Source: an uncultured Chloroflexia bacterium
GTDB lineage: Bacteria; Chloroflexota; Anaerolineae; Anaerolineales; UBA11858
Length of the DNA stretch: 64,000 nt
Assembly (NCBI GenBank): GCA_963824175.1
Contig: CAWGOD010000001.1
Span: 150,154-214,153, forward strand
Direction of reading: 5' to 3'
Shown: one piece after another, positions 1 through 11,562 of the stretch
How the letters are laid out: each line of letters starts with the position of its first letter
Numbering within the stretch: the first letter of the stretch is position 1
Made by a program: the position numbers and the translations under genes
The notes under the pieces: generated by a model
What the model was told of the DNA's origin: nothing
What the model saw: only the letters and a program-made list of their open reading frames with translations
Database searches by the model: none

Positions 1-2306
1 TTGATGCCGAGGGAAGTTGTCCGGGTGATCACGCCTGGTACGATCCTGGAATCCAGCTTGCTTCCAGGTGATGGAAATAACTATCTTGCTAGTTTGGTCT
101 TTGATGAAAAAAGAGCCGGCATCGCCTATGTTGATATCACAACTGGCGAATTTGCTGTGACAGAAATCCAGGAGAACCACCTGGAAGACTTGATAAGATC
201 GGAACTTCTCAGATTAAATCCAGCTGAAGCCTTATTGCCCGAAAGCCTGAAGATAGATCCAGAAGGATTAGGCGCTCATTTCACTTCGTTCCCGGCTTGG
301 CGATTTGAAGAGGAGCGCTGTGTTGATGTGCTGAAAACCCATTTTAAAGTCAAAACCCTGGATGGATATGGTGTGCGAGGTTTTCCATATGCTATTAGAG
401 CAGCTGGAGCTATTCTCCAGTACCTGTCCCAAACCAGGGCAGATTCGCTGAAATTACTGACCAGCTTAAACAGGTACAGCCTGGAAGAGTTTATGACCCT
501 GGACGCGGCTACACGCCGCAATCTTGAACTAACGGAGACTATCCGGGCCGGGACCGCTGCAGGATCCTTGTTGGGAATACTGGACCAAACTGTCACACCC
601 ATGGGAAAACGATTGATCCGCCAATGGGTCAGTAAACCCTTGTTGGATGTGGAGAATATCAGGAAGAGGCATCAGGGTGTGACCGTGTTCTTTAATGATG
701 GGTTACTGCGCGCAGAATTAAGGGAAAACTTAAAGACTTCCAGGACTTGGAAAGATTGGGTAATAGGGTTGCCGGAGGGACTGCTCAACCACGAGACCTG
801 GTAGGCATTCGGGAAACCTTGGCTCAACTTCCTGGGCTGCGATCCTTATTCCCGGATCAATTTAAAAAGGATAAATATCTCGGAGAGCTCTTTAGTGGGT
901 TTTCCCTCTGTTCTGACGCTCTTGAATTGATCAATTCTGCGATTGTGGAAGATCCGCCTTCAGTGCTGGGAAAGATCGGCATTATAAAAACCGGCTATTC
1001 AGAAGAACTAGACCAAACACTTTCCTCTACAAAACATGCCAGGGATTGGATTGCCAATCTGGAATCGGTAGAAAGAAAAAATACCGGGATCGAAACCTTG
1101 AAGGTGAGTCATAATAAAGTCTTTGGATATTATATCGAAGTAACTAAAGCCAAATCTGAGCTTGTCCCAGAACATTATATTCGTAAACAGACCCTGGTGA
1201 ATGCGGAGAGATATGTCACGCCAGAGCTTAAAGATTATGAGATCAAAGTCTTTAATGCAGAAGACCAGATCAAGGATATTGAACGAAGCATATTCCTGGA
1301 AGTATGTGAACGGCTGGCGATCCAGGTGGACCGAATGTTGAGAAGTGCCCGAGTATTGGCCCACCTTGATGTTCTGGCCTCCCTCGCTGAAATTGCAGTA
1401 AGCCAGGGATATGTCTGCCCGGAAGTTGTCGAAGAGGATTTGTTAGAGATCAGTGGGGGACGTCATCCGGTTGTTGAACAAACACCGGGAGGTACCGGAT
1501 TTGTCCCCAATGACACAATATTTGAAAACGGAGAGCGTATCCGGATCTTGACCGGCCCAAATATGTCAGGGAAGTCAACATTCCTGAGACAGGTAGCATT
1601 AATAGTGTTATTGGCTCAAATGGGCAGTTATGTGCCGGCAGAGGCGGCGAAGATCGGTTTGATCGATCGTATATTCACGCGCATCGGCGCCCAGGATGAG
1701 ATCCACGCCGGGCAATCTACTTTTATGGTTGAAATGGTTGAGACAGCCAATATTCTAAACCATGCTACTTCACGCAGCTTGTTGATCCTGGATGAAATTG
1801 GGCGAGGCACAAGCACCTATGATGGAGTATCTATCGCCTGGGCAGTGATCGAATATATTCACAATCATCCTGAAAAAAGAGCAAAAACCCTATTTGCGAC
1901 CCATTACCACGAATTGACCGAATTGCCGGAGCTGCTTCCCGGAATTAGGAATTATCGGATATCTGTCAGTGAAATTGATGGAAAAGTGGTTTTCCTATAT
2001 AAGATCGCTGCTGGAGGTGCTGATAAATCCTATGGGATCCATGTGGCACAGATCGCAGGAATGCCGCCAACGGTGACCCAACGCGCAGAAGAGATCCTGC
2101 AGCAGCTTGAGAAATCTTCTGGAAAAGCTGTCACCCAGGATATTGAGAATCCCCAGCAAATGGCCTTATTCCCGAAAACTAATCCGTTGTTGGGTGAATT
2201 GAGAAAGCTGGATATGAATGAACTCAGCCCCCTGGAGGCGCTAAACCTGCTTTTCAGTTGGAAGAAGAAATATTTATCAGATCAAGATGATCAACCTGAA
2301 GAGTGA
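1..2306 (+). CDS. mutS: DNA mismatch repair protein MutS (5' end outside window; one frame disruption near 738-800)
   Basis: ORFs 1-804 and 747-2306 are consecutive MutS segments. Motifs present: GPNMSGKSTFLRQ (Walker A), STFMVEM, DEIGRGTSTYDG, THYHELT. The frames rejoin if one base is added in the T run near 738 (..LKTFQDLERLGNRVA..). Confidence 0.95.
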
Positions 2307-2329
2307 GCAAACGAAAGATAATAATTAAT

Positions 2330-2375
2330 AAAAAAAGCTCCCGGCTAATTATTTAGTCAGGAGCTCTTTTTATTA
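2330..2375. terminator. bidirectional intrinsic terminator between mutS and the AOR gene
   Basis: Hairpin AGCTCC(2336-2341)/GGAGCT(2360-2365) with an A-run upstream and a T-run downstream, between convergent genes. Confidence 0.7.
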
Positions 2376-2387
2376 TCAAGCTTAGTA

Positions 2388-4548
2388 TTAGCTGTTCTTT
2401 TCAACTACAGCTATTACTTCGGGCAGGTCCACTCCCAGGCTGGCAAGTTTTTCCTTAGTGGGGATCCCGTTTGAGGTCCAACCCCTGCGTTTGTAAACAA
2501 CTTCCATCAGTTTCTCGTATTGTTCTTCTCTGTAGCTCCGGATTTTCTTCAATTTTTCTTCCGTTGTCAGTCCAGAAGGGTCAATGCCCAACCAGGTCTT
2601 TTAGTTGGCTGTCATATCGTTCCTGTCTGGATTCATATTCATCAGCAGTCACAGGACCCATTGCCCGGTAGGGGGGATAATCATGTTCTTTGGTGCCGAA
2701 ACCAACTCTAAGATTAAACACTCGCTGGAAGTTATATACTCGTTCGGACTGTGCGATCAGGTCTTCTGGTTTGACGGCATTCCCCGTGACTCCCTCGTAG
2801 ACCCAGGTGTAATTCTCCACATGTTCCGGGATCCTTTCAGGTTGGTCCTGTTCTTTATTATCGATGGGTTTGATATCGTTCCAGGGTAATTTACAAAGAC
2901 CATGAAGGCTGAACCAGGTTCTCCACATGGGGAAGTAATGCAGTGCTTCTGCTTTATCTTCAAAACTGGGGAGCAGTTTTTCCACCTGATCCATAAAGAT
3001 CAACCAGGCTTCATCATGCTGTCCACCTTTCAGGGCCATCCCATATCCTCCCTGCTGGGCAATGGATTCTTTGGTCATATACTCGGAAATTTCCATGCCT
3101 TTGACTTCCATGCCAATGTCCTGCAGAAAAGCCAGGTCTGCGCCAAATTCATCCGCAAAATAGGTTTTCATATAACGGATACCCTGGCCTACTATCACAC
3201 CGAATCCTTCGCCCCGGGCCATTTGGTGCAGGAGTTCGAGAGCACTCTCTGATTTGCCCCAAGTGAGGTCCAAGCCACCAGTTTGTTCCTTGGTCAGGAT
3301 GCCTTCCTGGTAACATTCCATGCAAAATGCGACCGAATTGGCAAATGAGATGGTATCTACTCCATAGGTATCGCAGTAAAAGTTCATTTCGATTATTGCT
3401 TCGGGGTCGAATACGCCAATATTGGAGCCCAGTCCGGCGGCATTTTCATACTCCGGTCCGTCGACGAGGACTTTTTCTCCCTTATGTGGACCTGTCTTGA
3501 GGTTAAATCCATCCACAGCGTGGGAGCAGGCCATGGTGCAGCCCAGCCAGCAGCTATCCATGCGTTTATCCTGGGTGAATGCTTTTTGCCAGGTGGTGGA
3601 ATCGATTTCCACATGTTCAGGGTGTCTGCCATAGCGGAAGTTATGTACCGGAAGAAGATCGAAATGATCCATTATCTCTACCAGGTGAGCAGTGCCGATC
3701 TCACGCATATTATTCTGGTGGGAGTCGTATTTTGTGATCTCGGTATTGATCCTTTTGCCAGCTTTGCGGATCAGATCGGGTTTGGCTGGGTTATTGCTGG
3801 ATCCACTGATGCCTGAATAGCGGACGACGATGCCTTTCAAACCTTTATCACGGAATACCCTGCCAGAACCACCGCGGGCTGCCTGTTTAACTCGTACTTC
3901 TTGCCTTTTGGGATCGAAGAAGCTGATATTTAATCCGGCATAACGAATATGGTTTGCTGCCTCACCTGAGGTGATCACTGAAACGTTCTTCTGATCTTTT
4001 TTATCGATTGCGTACATTTCAGTCAGGATCCCGGCAAGGGGGTAGGTGTTGAGTGCTTCCTCTGGTGCTTCTTCCAAGCGGATCTCCTGATTATTCCCAT
4101 CAATCACCAGGATCAGGTCTTTTTCAGCCTTACCTGTGATGGCCAGGGCATCAAACCCTGAAAATTTCAAGAAAGGGGCAAAAAAACCGCCGCCATTGCT
4201 ATCTATTACCGATCCAGTCAGGGGAGATAAGGTCACTACCGTGCTTTTTCCCATCCCTGGATATGCTGTAGTCCCGCAGAGAGGGCCGTTGGCGATTACC
4301 AGGGCATTTTCCGGGGAATCCCATTTACTGTCATCATTGACAGCGTTCCATAATAGCCAGAGGGCGAAACCCCGTCCACCGGTAAAAATATCCTTCATTT
4401 GCTGAGTGACAGGTTTTTCGCTGATTGTCTTTTGGCTCAGATCGACATGCAGGGTTCGGTTGGCATATCCCTTATCTACAGGTTGTTCCTGGTAGCTGTA
4501 TGTGGCAACTACTGTATGGCTATTGAGGTAATCTTTGGATTCTATCAT
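2388..4548 (-). CDS. aldehyde:ferredoxin oxidoreductase family protein (tungstopterin type), one frame disruption near 2585
   Basis: ORF 2581-4548 (655 aa) reads as an AOR family protein over its whole length (GGRGFALWLL.., ..DSCWLGCTMACSH.., ..YFPMWRTWFSLHGLCKLPWND..). The usual C-terminal tail (..YKRRGWTSNGIPTKEKLASLG..) lies in ORF 2388-2591 in another frame. Confidence 0.85.
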
Positions 4549-4810
4549 TCCTGCTTTCCTCCGCAGTTTAAAAATGGATCTGAATTACTCTTATTTGATC
4601 ACCAGCAATTATACACTGAAACATCCCGGACACCATGCTGGCAGGGATTCAAAAATACCTGCTTGGAAGTGATCCTGAGCATAATTTCTGTTCTGTGATG
4701 CTTGCCTCGAGAAAGGGAATAGCTATTGCGTATATCTAACTTATCGTTTAAAATCAGAGGACAAGATTTGTATGAATTCTTGCAGTTTCAGAACGTTCTA
4801 TATATAAAAT

Positions 4811-6611
4811 ATGTTCAAAAAAATAGTCACTTTACTTCTAATTTTAATTATTGTGGGGATAGTTTCCGCTTGTTCCGGATCCGAGGGGAATAATGCTGGC
4901 TATTATCTGGTTGATCCACGATTTAGTGACTTATATGAACGTCTTCAGGGGGAAGAAACCCTCGGACCACCAATTTCCAATAAGAAATATCTGGCAGGAA
5001 CAAATCAGGAAAAACAGTACTTTGATGGAGTAGTGATGATCTATGATCCTGATCACTCTCCCAGGTACTATCTGGACCCAGTTGGAATAGAGGCTGGTTT
5101 TTCTGATTTGCCAAACCAAGATCCAGAAAATCCAGGAGTACGATATTTGAACGGATTTGTCGTTCCAGTAGAATTTTCCCACTTTTATGATCAGATGGGG
5201 GGAGACCGCTGGGTAGGATTGCCATTAACGAGGGCTCGATTAAATCCGGACAAAAGACAAGTGGAGCAGTATTTTGAGAATATGGGGTTCTTCAGGTTTG
5301 AGGATGACCCCCCTGGAACAGTGCATCTAATGCCCTATGGTCTCTGGAAATGTGCTGGTGAGTGTTCCCAGTATCCGGGTGTTCAAAATGCTGGTATAAG
5401 CTCCTCTACAGCAGAGGAAGTCCAATCACCGTTTGGGGAAGCGATTGCCCGATTTGGGACCTCGTTCACTGGTGATACGATTTCATCCGCATACCACGCA
5501 GCAGATGGAAGCATTGAGCAGATATTCAAGAACATAGTTTTATTCCAGGACCCTGCTAGCCCAATGGGTGTTTCCTTGCGGCCAGTATCATCCCTCTTAG
5601 ACCGAATTGACCAGAATTACCAGACCAGACAAGAAGGTGCCGAGGACTATTTCCGTGAGATTGAAAATGGGAATGGATATTATATACCTACTTATTTCAT
5701 GGAGTTTATCGATCGTTATTTCGGTTTTGAGATTTCCGGTGAACCGATCACACCTTTGGAAGAGATCCGGGGTGGTGTGTCGCAGCAATGTTTTGAGAAT
5801 TATTGCCTCTTGTTTGATGCGGCGGCGGACGCAGGTCAGCAGGTGAGGATCCTTCCCCAGGGACAAAAATATAAAGAAGATTTTTATCGGGATGCTGGAA
5901 AACCCAAAAATGAAACCCCGGTAGTGAGGAATATACAAATGGATATCTGGGAGCAGATGCCTCAGATATCATCTACAAGAGAATCAACAGATAGGGGCCT
6001 GTATCCATGAAGAAGGGACCCCTCTGAGTAATGTACAAGCAGAGATAAAAGTGAAGACCGAGGGTCAGGGTTCTTCTACTTTCTATTTCGATCCAACAGA
6101 CTCAGGTGGATGCGCTTTTCTTGAGCTAGAACCGATCCAGGCTGCAAATGGAACCACAGTGGATTATCAGGTCTGTTTCCAGGGTTTGGGCGACCAGGAA
6201 TTTTGTAAAAAAGACAGCTTCTTGATTTGGGGGAATACAGACAACGATCTCACCACAATTCCAGCAGAAGTTGCTGTAGAGGAGCCGGAGTTGGAGCCAG
6301 AGATTACTCTTGATATATGGGAGCTCTATCCCCAGTTATCTTCATCGGAAGTCCAGGAAATCGGCGCCTGTGCTCATTTGGATAATCAACCCCAACAGGA
6401 CTTAAACACCCAACTTATCCTGGAAACTCCCCAGGATGGAGTGATCTCCTACCAGAGCTCACCTACGGACCAGGGAGGATGTGCTTTCTTCAGGTTGGAT
6501 CCAGTCAACGCAAAAAACGGCGAGACGATTCCCTACCAGGTCTGTTTTACGAATAAATATGGGGAAAATTTCTGCGAAAGAGATAGTTTTTTGATCTGGG
6601 GAAATCCCTAA
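4811..6611 (+). CDS. secreted lipoprotein with LGFP-like modules and a tandemly duplicated ~98-aa four-Cys C-terminal domain (one frame disruption ~5985-6050)
   Basis: Lipobox LILIIVGIVSAC at the N-terminus. Repeated G(L/P)P(I/L)..QYFEN-like modules. ORF 6051-6611 continues the 4811-6010 product. A third frame reads NQQIGACIHEEGTPLSNVQAEIKVKTE and bridges the two ORFs. Confidence 0.6.
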
Positions 6612-6630
6612 CGTATAAAGTGAATAATTT

Positions 6631-6664
6631 AAAACCGGAATCTCTAAAGCGATTCCGGTTTTTG
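6631..6664. terminator. bidirectional intrinsic terminator
   Basis: Perfect hairpin AAACCGGAATC / GATTCCGGTTT flanked by A- and T-runs, between convergent genes. Confidence 0.75.
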
Positions 6665-6666
6665 TG

Positions 6667-7629
6667 TTAATGAAGTTCACTCAGCAGCAGGACCTGGTCG
6701 ATTTGGGGGCCAAGGCTGTAGAGTTGTATATCAAATGGGTAAGATGTTTCTGGATCAACTGATTCTGAGCTGGCCCATTTCCGGATGCCAACTGGTTTTC
6801 CGGCGCTGAACCCTACAGCAGCAATCCAGATCTCATTGCTGTCAACATCTGTTGCCAATACTTCAACGATTCCGGAGATTTGGGCGACTGTGTTTTCCTG
6901 GGAGTACTTGACAGAATAATCTGTGATCGCTGTCAACGGCTCGGTTCTTTCAGATGGCAAGGCGGTTAACAATGTCCCGGTGACCCTGTACTGGTCAACT
7001 TGGGCTGGTTTGATAAAAGCCACGAGTGGGATCTTTTGATCCGGGAAGAGTGTATTCAAGGGAGGAATGGCAACTACACTTTGAACCAGTTCCTGATTTT
7101 GATCATAGAGATTGAATGATGCTGATAAATTTTCAAGGACCAGTTTCTGGGTGTTTTCAACTATCAGAAAACACCAGATTCCGCCGTCTTTCGTGGAATA
7201 ACAGACAGGTTCTGTAAACGGGACTGGATAGGGAGTAGGCGTTGGAACAGAAAGCTCATCTTCTTCTGAAAATGGGATGACCAATTTCGTGCCAATTGAC
7301 AGCAGACTGGTATCCACCCCCGGATTAGCAGAGACTAATTTATCCAACGAGATATTGTATTGAATGGCGATACCGTAGAGAGTATCTCCAGTTTGTATGG
7401 TATGACTGAATGGGGTCGGTGTTGGAATCAGTGGTTGGTCCGTGGGTAGTGGAACAGTTGCTGTAGGGATGATGGGCGTGCTGGTTTTTGCTTGGTATGG
7501 ATTCACTGGAGGTGCGATCGTCAATGTGGAAATAGGCGCATTTTGTGATCCAGGTGAACAAGCAGTTAGAAGTACAAGAATGCCCAGAATCCAGGCCAAA
7601 TTGGACCCTTTAATCGTCATGTGGAGCAT
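6667..7629 (-). CDS. LysM domain-containing lipoprotein
   Basis: Signal/lipobox LVLLTACSPG. Pro/Thr-rich linker. LysM motif HTIQTGDTLYGIAIQYNISLDKLVSANPG..GTKLVIP. Confidence 0.8.
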   Translation of the reverse strand: MLHMTIKGSNLAWILGILVLLTACSPGSQNAPISTLTIAPPVNPYQAKTSTPIIPTATVPLPTDQPLIPTPTPFSHTIQTGDTLYGIAIQYNISLDKLVSANPGVDTSLLSIGTKLVIPFSEEDELSVPTPTPYPVPFTEPVCYSTKDGGIWCFLIVENTQKLVLENLSASFNLYDQNQELVQSVVAIPPLNTLFPDQKIPLVAFIKPAQVDQYRVTGTLLTALPSERTEPLTAITDYSVKYSQENTVAQISGIVEVLATDVDSNEIWIAAVGFSAGKPVGIRKWASSESVDPETSYPFDIQLYSLGPQIDQVLLLSELH

Positions 7630-7703
7630 TATACCCTCTCTTGTTAGGCAAGGCGGCCTATGCTACACTCTCTTTATGCCGCGACTACAGGATAGGTACA
7701 TTG

Positions 7704-9543
7704 ATGGCAGAAGATAAACGTTTCATTCTGGCCAAACTCGCCCTGGAGCAGGGGGATAGATTTCAGGCGCGTGATCAATTGGCAAGTTTATTAAAAGAAG
7801 ATCAAGATAATATCGAATATTGGCTTTTAATGAGCACTGTTGTTGAATCAAACAAGGAGCGCATTTATTGCCTGAATAAGGTGCTGGAACTCGATCACAG
7901 GAATGAAGAAGCTCGATTGGGTTTGATCCTTTTTGGGGCTGTTGACCCGGGAAGTGTACGCCCGGTTGAGATCAGGAAAAAGGATTGGACGCGGGAATTA
8001 CCGGATATTAGAAAGAAAGATAAATCCAAAAAACAAGAGAAGAAGAGCCGCTATAACTATAAACAGTTAGTACCCCTGGGAGTGGGTGTTTTCGTCATTT
8101 TGTTGGCTGTGGTTTTTAGTGGAATTCTTCCAGGGACTCGATCGATCTTCTCACCTCGTTTAACAATCACACCAATGACCTGGACCCCATCAGTGGATCC
8201 TAATTTGGGAGTATTGACCGGGACACCAAATCCTATTCTGCAAATTCCGATAGGGCAGGTCCTGGATGCTACTTATACTCCCACACCAGCATATGTGTTA
8301 ACCCCGCATCCCGGATATGGAACATACCAGTCTGCTCTTGATGCATATCAAAAGGGTGATTTCGAAACCATGTTGACCTATCTACTCCAAACAGAAGGAC
8401 AACTGGAAACGCCCGACATCGTTTACTTGACAGGTGAGGCTTTACGGAATCTGGGTAGATATAATGAAGCCCTTGAAAAATACAACAGAGCTTTATTCCT
8501 GGATCCAGCCTTTGCCCCGGCCTACTACGGAAGGGCTTTGATCACTAAAGTATTGGATCCCTCTTATGATATCAAAGGTGATCTTGACCAAACATTGCTC
8601 CTGGATCCTGCTTTTGGCGAGGTCTATCTAGCCAGGGCAAAGTATTTTCTTGAACAAGGATCATACCAACTAGCTTATGAAGATGCTTCCCAGGCGATCC
8701 TGTTTTTACCTGAATCCCCTCTGGCTCATTATTTTCGCGCTGAAGCTTTACTGGAATTGAAGGATTATCCAGAAGCTGAAAAAGCGATCATGTCCGCTTT
8801 GTTATATGACATCAACCATGTGCCATCTTATCTGGTTTATGGGAGAGTCAGTCTTGAAACTGGAAAACCTGTCCAGGCACTGGATCTGTTGATGCGCTAT
8901 GAACCTTATGATCCTCAGAAAACCTGGGTATTTTATTATTCTCTCGGTAAAGCAGTTTACCTGACAGGAAACGATGTTAATGACGCTTTAGAGCTTTTGG
9001 ATAAAGCTGTATCATTAGGGGGAGAGGGTGTGGATCTGTATCAAACAAGGGCGCAGATCTATGTGGAATTAGGTCAATTCGATAAAGCGGTCGATGACGC
9101 TTTTACGGCCAGGAATCTTGATCGGGAGGATTTTGATGCAACCCTATTCCTCGGGAAGGTCCTTTTTGAAAACCAACAATTTTCTTTATCACTGGTTTAC
9201 TTAAATATCGCTAGATGATCTAACCAAGGATGAAGAGGATCAGGTCCAGGTTTATTACTGGCGGGCATTGGCGTATGAGGAATTAGGTAGTTTTGATGAA
9301 TCAATTGCAGATTGGCGCAACCTGATCAGTCTGCCGCTGGCTTACGTGCCGGATGAATGGGAATATATCGCTGCAGAAAAATTACTTCCGACCGCAACTC
9401 CCAGCCCTACATATACTTTTACTCCTACCCTGACCCCAACCTCAACCTTTACATCAACGAGCACCCCAACCGCGACAGAAACCCCAACTCCTACAGACAC
9501 TCTGGTGCCTATTTTTACGCCAACACTGTCCCCAACACCCTGA
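7704..9543 (+). CDS. TPR-repeat membrane protein with Thr/Pro-rich C-terminal tail (one frame disruption ~9190-9215)
   Basis: Multiple TPR-like helices (..ALRNLGRYNEALEKYNRALFLDPAFAPAYYGRA..) and one predicted TM (LVPLGVGVFVILLAVVFSGIL). ORF 9268-9543 is open back to 9205 and continues the TPR pattern (YYWRALAYEELGSFDESI), then ends in a TPTxTPT low-complexity tail. ATG at 7704. Confidence 0.7.
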
Positions 9544-9687
9544 TCTTGGCCCTGAAAAGCTCCGAAGATATAATAATTATAAGAAAAGATTGGGAGGAAC
9601 CCTTCTCCCTTGCTATTACTGTTTGGAAGTACTATAATGCTCGGTGGTTAACGGATCGTTGTTAAAACGCGATCAACTGGACAAAAA

Positions 9688-10002
9688 ATGCCTATTTATA
9701 CATATCGGTGTGATAGCTGCGGCGTTCAATTCGACCGCAGACAAAAATTCTCGGATGAACCTCTTAAGATTTGTCCTGAATGCCAGACAGAGACATTGAG
9801 AAAAGTCTACTTGCCGGTGGGTATTGTATTTAAGGGATCAGGATTTTACGCTACAGATAACCGGTCTCCATCTGGGACGGAGTCACGGCATTCTGAGGAC
9901 CATAAAAGTGAACCCAGCCTGGCTGCTGAGTCAGAGAAAAAGACCGAGAAGAAAGACAAGGCAGAGGCAAAAGAAAAGATACTAATATTAGAACTGACCT
10001 AA
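9688..10002 (+). CDS. FmdB-family zinc-ribbon protein
   Basis: MPIYTYRCDSCG..(N16)..CPECQ plus GSGFY, the typical FmdB/CxxC_CxxC_SSSS signature, followed by a Lys/Glu-rich tail. Confidence 0.8.
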   Translation: MPIYTYRCDSCGVQFDRRQKFSDEPLKICPECQTETLRKVYLPVGIVFKGSGFYATDNRSPSGTESRHSEDHKSEPSLAAESEKKTEKKDKAEAKEKILILELT

Positions 10003-10006
10003 ATCA

Positions 10007-11266
10007 TCAAAAAGCAATCCACTCTGGATTGCTTTTTTCATTTACAGGGATTAAATCGTGATCAAGGGGACAGGCATGAAGATCAGAAAGAATATCACCA
10101 ATCCGATCCAGGCAAGGATTCGTCCTGTTTGGATCCAGATCTGTTATTTCGTCCAAAGGTTCCGCATAACGATTGCCTACAAGTAGAATCATAAATGCCC
10201 ACAACCACCAACCAGACCATTGAAATCCCAGGATCACTAAGATGGCCAGGATCAAGGGTCGGAGCCATTTTAACCGTTTACCAAAAAGGCTGTAAATCAA
10301 ATGACCACCATCAAATTGGCCTGCGGGAATCAGATTCAGAGATGTGACTAATAAACCCGCCCATCCAGCCCAGGCAACCGGGTGGATGATCACATCCAGC
10401 CCCCCACTAGGGATCGGGTGTCCAGTAAAGAAATATCTTACCCAGTAGAAAAACGGGGCTATACCGTTGAATGATGTTGGCTCCGGCAGCCAGGCTCCGT
10501 GAATCAAGAATTTCATTCCCAGGTAGAACAGAGAATTTCCTTCAAAAGCAAAATTCTCTGGTAATAAAACCGGTATCTCTTCCACCACTGATAAAGATAA
10601 TCCAATGATCAACACTGGTATAGTAACGATAAGACCAGCTAGAGGTCCGGCCAGCCCAATATCCAGGAGCACTTTTTTATTTTTTGGGGGTTCGAGAAGT
10701 TGTATGAAAGCACCCATAGTTCCAAATGGACTTAGGGGAAAAGGAATAAAAAAGGGTAATGTAACTTTGGTTCGGTGGAATTGGGCAGCAAAATAATGGC
10801 CGAATTCATGAGCAGTCAGAATACTCAGTAAACTGATAGAAAACGCAAAGGCTTCTCCTAAATGGAGTTTCGAATGAGCCCAGATCAGGCCAATATTCGC
10901 AGTTTGGGGGCCATCGTAAACAGTTATGATGCCTGCAAATAGAATGCTGACAAACGTTACCAGGAATAACAGATAGTTAATGCGTCGATTGGGTGGTTCT
11001 GCTCTGGAGATGGTTTTCCTGAAAGTTACTTCGATTTTTTCCTCTACCGCTCGGAACCAAGGAGTGATCTGATGAGAGGTAAGGGAGGTTAGCAGGTAGT
11101 CGTGGGCATCTTCTGAGGGTTGTGTTAACTTCCCAATGAAACGGATCAGGAAATCATCCTTGGTATCACCAAGAATGTAATGATCAATTTCTAAGATTTC
11201 TTCAACGAGATGAGTGAAAATCTCAGTCTTTAAATGGATTTTCAGCTTCAGATTGATTTGATTCAT
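10007..11266 (-). CDS. site-2 protease family (M50) membrane metalloprotease
   Basis: HEFGHYFAA (HExxH) and NLIPAGQFDGGH motifs in a polytopic membrane protein. Start moved to ATG 11264-11266 because the longer ORF runs through tRNA-Sec. Confidence 0.85.
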   Translation of the reverse strand: MNQINLKLKIHLKTEIFTHLVEEILEIDHYILGDTKDDFLIRFIGKLTQPSEDAHDYLLTSLTSHQITPWFRAVEEKIEVTFRKTISRAEPPNRRINYLLFLVTFVSILFAGIITVYDGPQTANIGLIWAHSKLHLGEAFAFSISLLSILTAHEFGHYFAAQFHRTKVTLPFFIPFPLSPFGTMGAFIQLLEPPKNKKVLLDIGLAGPLAGLIVTIPVLIIGLSLSVVEEIPVLLPENFAFEGNSLFYLGMKFLIHGAWLPEPTSFNGIAPFFYWVRYFFTGHPIPSGGLDVIIHPVAWAGWAGLLVTSLNLIPAGQFDGGHLIYSLFGKRLKWLRPLILAILVILGFQWSGWWLWAFMILLVGNRYAEPLDEITDLDPNRTNPCLDRIGDILSDLHACPLDHDLIPVNEKSNPEWIAF

Positions 11267-11293
11267 AGGGTGTTGGTTAATGATAAAGAGGAG

Positions 11294-11387
11294 CGGGAGT
11301 GAATGGGAGTCGAACCCACCGCGGCTCGCATAACGACCCGCCACCGATTTTGAAGACCGGGGAGCCCACCGGGACTCAACCACCCCC
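11294..11387 (-). tRNA. selC: tRNA-Sec (anticodon UCA)
   Basis: Minus strand reads GGGGGTGG-TT-GAGTCC-CGGT-GGGCTC-..CCGGT-CTTCAAA-ATCGG..-long extra arm (GCGGGTCG..CGAGCCGC)-GTGGG-TTCGACT-CCCAT-TCACTCCC-G. This gives an 8-bp acceptor, a 6-bp D stem with 4-nt loop, a UCA anticodon flanked by U33/A37, a long variable arm and a 5-bp T stem. That is the bacterial 8/5 tRNA-Sec architecture. CCA is not encoded. Confidence 0.85.
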
Positions 11388-11527
11388 ATGAATGAGGAGA
11401 TTATATCTGTTAGCCTGGTAACTGTAAAGTTTACTCACTATTCTGCCAATGAAAATTATTCTTATTCGGAAGATGACATGCATTATCCAATCTGTTTGGT
11501 CAATTTGATGATGCACTTGCCTTCCTC

Positions 11528-11556
11528 TTGACGAAAATTGGCTCCCCTGCTAAAAT
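11528..11556 (+). promoter_or_regulatory. sigma70-like promoter (TTGACG-17 nt-TAAAAT) driving the glnA leader
   Basis: TTGACG at 11528-11533, a 17-nt spacer, TAAAAT at 11551-11556. Confidence 0.6.
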
Positions 11557-11562
11557 CAGCCC

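Noticed and set aside
11267-11389. A 41-codon N-terminal extension of the S2P protease ORF (MGVVESRWAPRSS..).
   Set aside because: It is simply the translation of the tRNA-Sec gene. A proper ATG at 11264-11266 begins the protease.
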